A stretch of DNA of 32,000 nt from Moritella sp. JT01. Its GTDB lineage: Bacteria; Pseudomonadota; Gammaproteobacteria; Enterobacterales; Moritellaceae. Positions 27,003-32,000 of the stretch are shown piece by piece (the stretch's first letter is position 1; each line of letters opens with the position of its first letter). The DNA lies in NCBI RefSeq assembly GCF_001574435.1, contig NZ_LOCN01000001.1, forward strand, positions 297,801 to 329,800. The letters are read 5' to 3'. A model generated the notes under the pieces. That model saw only the letters and a list, made by a program, of their open reading frames with translations. It did not search any database and was not told where the DNA came from. The position numbers were made by a program, and so were the translations under genes.

Positions 27003-27018
27003 CGGTATGATTATTGCT
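27003..27018 (+). promoter_or_regulatory. Candidate sigma54 promoter for flhA
   Basis: CGGTAT-GATTA-TTGCTT has correct GG-N10-GC spacing and a good -12 TTGC, but a non-consensus base 5' of the GG. Located 36 nt upstream of the flhA ATG. Confidence 0.45.
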
Positions 27019-27053
27019 TTATACTATCAAGCATAAAATTTTGAGGTCTCGTA

Positions 27054-29153
27054 ATGCAAGTAGCAGCAAATCTGTCAAAAATCTGGGGTAAAAGAGCGAT
27101 TGCGCTAGAAAATATCGGTACCCCGATAGTTGTGTTAGCTACACTCGGCATGGTTGTATTACCGATACCTGCATTCCTATTAGATGTGTTCTTTTCTTTT
27201 AATATCGCTTTATCGTTATTAATTCTGCTTGTTTCTATATACGTCAATAAACCACTTGATTTTGCTGCATTTCCGACGGTTTTGTTAATTGCAACATTAC
27301 TACGCTTAGCCCTGAATGTAGCATCAACGCGAGTGGTGTTGTTAGAAGGGCATAATGGCGGTGATGCTGCGGGACAAGTTATCGATGCCTTTGGTTCTGT
27401 TGTGATCGGCGGGAATTTGGCGGTGGGCCTCATCGTGTTTATGATTTTAATGATTATTAACTTTGCCGTGGTGACCAAAGGTGCGGGACGTATCTCGGAA
27501 GTAAGTGCGCGTTTTACGCTCGATGCTATGCCAGGTAAACAGATGGCCATTGATGCCGATTTGAACGCCGGTATTATTGACCAAGAGCAAGCCAAATTAC
27601 GCCGAGAAGAAGTTACTCAAGAAGCTGATTTTTATGGTTCGATGGACGGTGCCAGTAAATTTGTAAAAGGTGATGCGGTTGCCGGTTTATTGATTTTATT
27701 TATTAATATTATCGGTGGCCTTATCATTGGTGTTTCACAGCATGATTTAAGTTTTGCGGAAGCGGGTGAGATTTACACATTATTGACCATTGGTGATGGT
27801 CTGGTTGCGCAGATACCGTCACTACTCTTATCGATCGCTGCAGCGATAATTGTTACCCGTCAAAATAAAGACGAAAAACTCGGCACCCAAGTCACGAGCC
27901 AAATGGTGGCTAATCCCAAAGCATTGGCTGTTGTTGCTGTCATTATGACGGTAATGGGGTTAGTACCGGGTATGCCACACCTTGCTTTCATCGGTTCTGG
28001 TGTGCTTACTGGCACTTGGGCTTGGTGGTTAATGAAAGCAGCAGCTAAGCGTGAAGAAGAGAAAACCAATATTCCAGAAAATACCGCCATTGACGCGACG
28101 TTGAATGATCAAAAAGATCTGGACTGGGATGATGTTAAACCGGTAGATACGATTGGTTTGGAAGTAGGTTACCGTTTAATTCCGATGGTTGATAAGAGCC
28201 AAGGTGGTGAGTTATTAAACCGTATTAAGGGTGTTAGAAAGAAACTTTCTCAAGAATTGGGTTTCTTGGTGCCCGCAGTGCATATTCGTGACAATCTCGA
28301 ATTACCACCAAATTGTTATAGTATTAACATTATGGGGGTCTCAAATGGCGAAATTGAAATTTTCCACGATAAAGAATTAGCCATTAACCCTGGTCAGGTT
28401 TACGGCAAGATCGATGGGATTGCAACCATCGATCCTGCTTTTGGCTTACCGGCTTTGTGGATTAATCCCCAACAGCGTGATCAAGCGCAAACCTTGGGTT
28501 ATACAGCTGTTGACTCTGCGACAGTTGTTGCGACACACTTGAGTCAGTTGTTACTGAACAATGCCGCACAATTACTCGGTTATGAAGAAGTGCAGAATTT
28601 ATTAGATGTGTTAGCGAAAACACACCCTAAATTGGTCGAAAGCTTAGTCCCTGAAATTTTACCGTTAGGGGTTGTTGTGAAAGTATTGAAAGGACTTTTA
28701 CATGACAACGTGCCAATTCGAGATATTCGCACCATTGTTGAAACAATGGCTGAATATGGTACCAAAACACAAGATCCAGAAGTGTTGATTTCTGCTTGCC
28801 GTGTAAGTTTACGCCGCATGATTGTTCAGGATATAAATGGTATCGACAGTGAATTACCTGTTGTGACACTGGCACCAGAATTAGAGCAAATATTACACCA
28901 GTCTTTACAGGCAGCAGGTAGTGAAGGTGCGGGTATTGAACCTGGTTTAGCTGAACGGATGCAAACCTCATTAACAGAGGTAGCACAAAATCAAGAATTA
29001 GCGGGACAACCGGCGATCTTACTTACCTCTGGGGTATTAAGGTCAACATTGGCGAAATTTGTGAAATACTCAATACCCTCATTACGCGTATTATCATATC
29101 AAGAAGTACCTGATGATAAACAGATTAGAATTGTCAGTGTTGTTGGTCAATAA
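27054..29153 (+). CDS. flhA: Flagellar export gate protein FlhA
   Basis: 699 aa. FHIPEP family: RFTLDAMPGKQMAIDADLNAG, GSMDGASKFVKGDA, large C-terminal cytoplasmic domain. Confidence 0.95.
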   Translation: MQVAANLSKIWGKRAIALENIGTPIVVLATLGMVVLPIPAFLLDVFFSFNIALSLLILLVSIYVNKPLDFAAFPTVLLIATLLRLALNVASTRVVLLEGHNGGDAAGQVIDAFGSVVIGGNLAVGLIVFMILMIINFAVVTKGAGRISEVSARFTLDAMPGKQMAIDADLNAGIIDQEQAKLRREEVTQEADFYGSMDGASKFVKGDAVAGLLILFINIIGGLIIGVSQHDLSFAEAGEIYTLLTIGDGLVAQIPSLLLSIAAAIIVTRQNKDEKLGTQVTSQMVANPKALAVVAVIMTVMGLVPGMPHLAFIGSGVLTGTWAWWLMKAAAKREEEKTNIPENTAIDATLNDQKDLDWDDVKPVDTIGLEVGYRLIPMVDKSQGGELLNRIKGVRKKLSQELGFLVPAVHIRDNLELPPNCYSINIMGVSNGEIEIFHDKELAINPGQVYGKIDGIATIDPAFGLPALWINPQQRDQAQTLGYTAVDSATVVATHLSQLLLNNAAQLLGYEEVQNLLDVLAKTHPKLVESLVPEILPLGVVVKVLKGLLHDNVPIRDIRTIVETMAEYGTKTQDPEVLISACRVSLRRMIVQDINGIDSELPVVTLAPELEQILHQSLQAAGSEGAGIEPGLAERMQTSLTEVAQNQELAGQPAILLTSGVLRSTLAKFVKYSIPSLRVLSYQEVPDDKQIRIVSVVGQ

Positions 29154-29200
29154 CACGTAAATAAAAAATTTAAGTAGCGAACTGAACTAAGGATGTTAAG

Positions 29201-30697
29201 TTGAAAATAAAGCGCTTTTTTGCCAAAGATATGCGAGCGGCATTGGCTGAAGTCAAAGAGGTTCTTGGCCCTGACGCTGTTATTATGTCTAACAAAAAGG
29301 TCACCGGCGGCATTGAAATAGTTGCTGCTGTGGATTTCTCTGAAAGTAAGCCTGTCGCAGCCGAAAAAGCACGCGAACCAAAAACTGTAGCAAATAAATC
29401 AGACCGTCAACTTTCTGAAGACTCCGTCAATTTATCGGCATCTAAATTCAGTTTCAAAAGATTAATCAATAATGAACTGTCACAGCAAGCAGAACCAGAT
29501 CGAGCCGTCGCGCCAAATGACTCATTAGCGAGCTTATTAGCGCGTCAGCAAGAACATAAACAGCAAATGTCACAAGTAATAAATAACGATGATAATGCGC
29601 GTGAAAAAAATAATTGGGATACCAGTTTTTTAAAGAAACCGGTCGCTCGTCGCTTTGCTGAACGTCCAAATACTGCTCCGGCGACACTTGCAGAACAAAA
29701 TGAAATGCGTGATGGTATGGCGCGCTCTTCTCAACAAAATGGTTATAAGCAGTTTGAGTCTACGGCACCGAAAAGTGACAACCAACAAGACATTAGTGCG
29801 ATGAAGGCAGAGCTTGCTTCAATCCGAAAGTTGCTTGAGCATCAAGTATCAGGATTACAGTGGCAGGAAGTTGAACGTAATGAACCTATTCGTGCTATGT
29901 TGATCAAACATTTGGTTAAGATTGGTTTTACCGAAGAGGTTGCAGACCAACTAGCTAACTCTGTGGCTGAAAACTGTTCGATTGAGTCGGCTTGGGATCA
30001 GATTGAAGCGTTACTGACGGACAGCGTTCTCATTGCGCAAGATGATATTTTAAGTAAAGGTGGTGCAGTTGCATTAGTTGGCCCAACGGGCGTGGGCAAA
30101 ACGACAACTATCGCCAAATTAGCGGCAAAATTTGCCATGTTACATGGTTCAGAGAATGTTGCGCTGATTACGACTGATACATATCGTATTGGTGCTCACG
30201 AACAATTAGCGACTTACGGCCGTATTATGGGGTGTGTTGTTAAAGTTGCCCGTGATGAAGCAGAATTGGCACAATACTTGTATCAATTAAGAAGTAAACG
30301 TTTAGTTTTGATTGACACTGCCGGTATGGGACAGCGTGACAAACGTTTATCCGAACAGCTAGAAACATTAGTTAATAATGAAAAAGTCGTTATTCGTAAC
30401 TATTTGGTTGTCCCGGCAACTGCGCAGCGTAGAGTTGTACAAGAAACATTAGAGCATTTTCACCACATTCCGTTAGCGGGCTGCATTTTAAGTAAAGTGG
30501 ATGAAAGTTTAAGCTTAGGTGAGATTTTAAGCGTATTAATACAACATGAACTACCTATTGCATATATCACAAATGGGCAAAGGGTTCCTGAAGATATAGA
30601 TTCAGCCAATGCGCAGCAATTAGTTCGTACTGTACTGAACAGAGATACGCTAGAAGAACAAAACGATACGCATTTTTGGTTAGGCGATGATAAATAG
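29201..30697 (+). CDS. flhF: Flagellar placement SRP-type GTPase FlhF
   Basis: 498 aa. TTG start with AAGGA Shine-Dalgarno. MKIKRFFAKDMRAALAEVKEVLGPDAVI N-terminus. G1 LVGPTGVGKTTTIAKLA, G3 LIDTAGMGQRD, G4 LSKVDES. Confidence 0.92.
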   Translation: MKIKRFFAKDMRAALAEVKEVLGPDAVIMSNKKVTGGIEIVAAVDFSESKPVAAEKAREPKTVANKSDRQLSEDSVNLSASKFSFKRLINNELSQQAEPDRAVAPNDSLASLLARQQEHKQQMSQVINNDDNAREKNNWDTSFLKKPVARRFAERPNTAPATLAEQNEMRDGMARSSQQNGYKQFESTAPKSDNQQDISAMKAELASIRKLLEHQVSGLQWQEVERNEPIRAMLIKHLVKIGFTEEVADQLANSVAENCSIESAWDQIEALLTDSVLIAQDDILSKGGAVALVGPTGVGKTTTIAKLAAKFAMLHGSENVALITTDTYRIGAHEQLATYGRIMGCVVKVARDEAELAQYLYQLRSKRLVLIDTAGMGQRDKRLSEQLETLVNNEKVVIRNYLVVPATAQRRVVQETLEHFHHIPLAGCILSKVDESLSLGEILSVLIQHELPIAYITNGQRVPEDIDSANAQQLVRTVLNRDTLEEQNDTHFWLGDDK

Positions 30698-30699
30698 TA

Positions 30700-31575
30700 A
30701 TGAATAAAAATATTTTTTTCGATCAAGCAAGTGGTCTAAGACAAATGAGTAATAACAAAAAAGTTAAAGTTATTGCCGTTTCAGGTGGCAAAGGTGGCGT
30801 AGGTAAAACTAACGTAACACTGAACATGGCAGTATCACTCGCGGCCCAGGGCAAGCGAGTCATGGTTTTAGATGCCGACCTTGGGTTGGCAAATGTCGAT
30901 GTTTTACTCGGCTTACGTGTACATAAAAATATTTCTCACGTTATTTCAGGGGAATGTACATTAGATGATATTTTGATTGAAGGTCCTAATGGGATCTTAA
31001 TCGCGCCAGCAACCTCTGGTACGCGTTCGATGGTTGAGTTATCAATACAAGAACATGCTGGCTTAATCCGTGCGTTTGCAGAATTGAAAACACCGATTGA
31101 TGTGCTGCTGGTTGATACTGCTGCGGGTATTTCGGAGATGGTATTAAGTTTTTGCCGTGCTTCACAAGATATCATCATGGTGGTGTGTGATGAACCGACA
31201 TCAATCACGGATGCTTATGCATTAATTAAATTACTCTCCAAAGAACACGGTGTTCATCGTTTTAAAATTGTGGCCAATATGGTGCGCAGTTTACGTGAAG
31301 GCCAAGAATTATTTACTAAATTGACGCGTGTAACGGATCGGTTTTTAGATGCAACATTAGAGCTTGTTGCTTGTATCCCGTTTGATAACAGTGTTCGTCA
31401 AGCCGTTCGTAAACAGAAAGTGGTTGTCGAAGCATTTCCAAAAGCGCCCGCTTCATTGGCGTTTAGAGCGTTAGCAAGTCGAGCTGCAACTTGGCCAGTA
31501 CCGAATAAAGTCGGCGGTCATTTGGAGTTTTTCATTGAGAACCTGTTTGAAAACAAATCTAGGGTAGAAGATTGA
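30700..31575 (+). CDS. flhG: Flagellar number regulator FlhG/FleN (MinD/ParA-type ATPase)
   Basis: 291 aa. N-terminal FlhF-activating DQAxxLR motif (DQASGLRQM). Deviant Walker A SGGKGGVGKT. C-terminal amphipathic helix (LEFFIENLFENK). Confidence 0.92.
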   Translation: MNKNIFFDQASGLRQMSNNKKVKVIAVSGGKGGVGKTNVTLNMAVSLAAQGKRVMVLDADLGLANVDVLLGLRVHKNISHVISGECTLDDILIEGPNGILIAPATSGTRSMVELSIQEHAGLIRAFAELKTPIDVLLVDTAAGISEMVLSFCRASQDIIMVVCDEPTSITDAYALIKLLSKEHGVHRFKIVANMVRSLREGQELFTKLTRVTDRFLDATLELVACIPFDNSVRQAVRKQKVVVEAFPKAPASLAFRALASRAATWPVPNKVGGHLEFFIENLFENKSRVED

Positions 31576-31576
31576 A

Positions 31577-32000
31577 GTGAATAAGGCATCCGCTTACAGT
31601 AACATCCAGTCGCAACAGAATCATGCTGTTGAGCAATTCGGTTTTTTAGTAAAACGAATTGCCCATCACTTGCTTCTCCGTTTGCCGCCGAGTGTTCAGT
31701 TAGATGATTTAATCCAGTCGGGTATGATTGGATTACTGGATGCTGCGCGCAACTTTGATGGCTCTAAAGGCGCTAGCTTTGAAACTTATGCCGGTATTCG
31801 TATCCGCGGCTCAATGATTGATGAAATGAGACGTGGGGATTGGGTTCCAAGATCGGTACATAAAAATGGCCGTGATATTGCTGCCGCCATTGACCGTATC
31901 GAAAAACAAACGGGTACGGATGCAAAAGATACTGATATTGCTGAAGAATTAAGCGTAAGCCTGACTGACTACCATAGTATGTTGATGGATGTTAATAGTG
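31577..32000 (+). CDS. fliA: Flagellar sigma factor FliA (sigma28), 5' partial, runs off the window
   Basis: Not in the ORF track because there is no stop codon within the window. The GTG at 31577, 1 nt after the flhG stop, translates to VNKASAYSNIQSQQNHAVEQFGFLVKRIAHHLLLRLPPSVQLDDLIQSGMIGLLDAARNFDGSKGASFETYAGIRIRGSMIDEMRRGDWVPRS..., i.e. sigma70 region 2 with the FliA-type sequence. Confidence 0.9.
   Translation, partial: MNKASAYSNIQSQQNHAVEQFGFLVKRIAHHLLLRLPPSVQLDDLIQSGMIGLLDAARNFDGSKGASFETYAGIRIRGSMIDEMRRGDWVPRSVHKNGRDIAAAIDRIEKQTGTDAKDTDIAEELSVSLTDYHSMLMDVNS

Noticed and set aside
10162-31208. Numerous antisense or alternative-frame ORFs inside flagellar genes (e.g. 18070..18552, 20491..20907, 20950..21294, 21958..22293, 22664..23017, 25908..26288, 27011..27595, 28627..28986, 30936..31208)
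   Set aside because: All are fully nested in, or opposite to, strongly supported conserved CDSs. They show no independent start signals or motifs. The longest (194 aa, opposite flhA) is a typical shadow ORF.

Overview
AT-rich chromosomal segment from a marine-type gammaproteobacterium (Vibrionales/Alteromonadales-like gene content; genus cannot be determined from the sequence alone). Almost everything is on the + strand. In order: (1) three identical tRNA-Ser(UGA) genes in tandem, each with its own promoter-like element and terminator; (2) a small Cys-rich protein gene on the - strand; (3) the conserved uvrY(gacA)-uvrC-pgsA block followed by an expanded tRNA array, Leu(UAA)-Cys(GCA)-Leu-Cys-Leu plus a solo Leu; (4) a signal-peptide ORF of about 157 aa whose C-terminus resembles the translation-arrest motif of the Vibrio secretion monitor VemP, followed by a yajC-less secD-secF pair; (5) from 9957 to the window end, a canonical polar-flagellum locus: flrA-flrB-flrC-fliEFGHIJ-fliKLMNOPQR-flhB-flhA-flhF-flhG-fliA (fliA truncated by the window edge), with recognisable sigma54 (-24/-12) promoters before flrB, fliE, fliK and possibly flhA. 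I see no CRISPR array, transposase, integrase, phage gene, toxin-antitoxin pair or defence-type gene, and I cannot support a wholly new multi-gene system here. The most unusual locus is the divergent VemP-like arrest-peptide/secDF module at 6220-9684. It is usually left as a hypothetical protein, and here it has a divergent arrest-site tail and an unusually long leader before secD. Other findings are modest: a 42-bp palindrome upstream of uvrY, a 9-bp in-frame tandem repeat in the hook-length ruler gene fliK, substitutions in the c-di-GMP-contact motifs of FlrA, and the tRNA gene amplifications.
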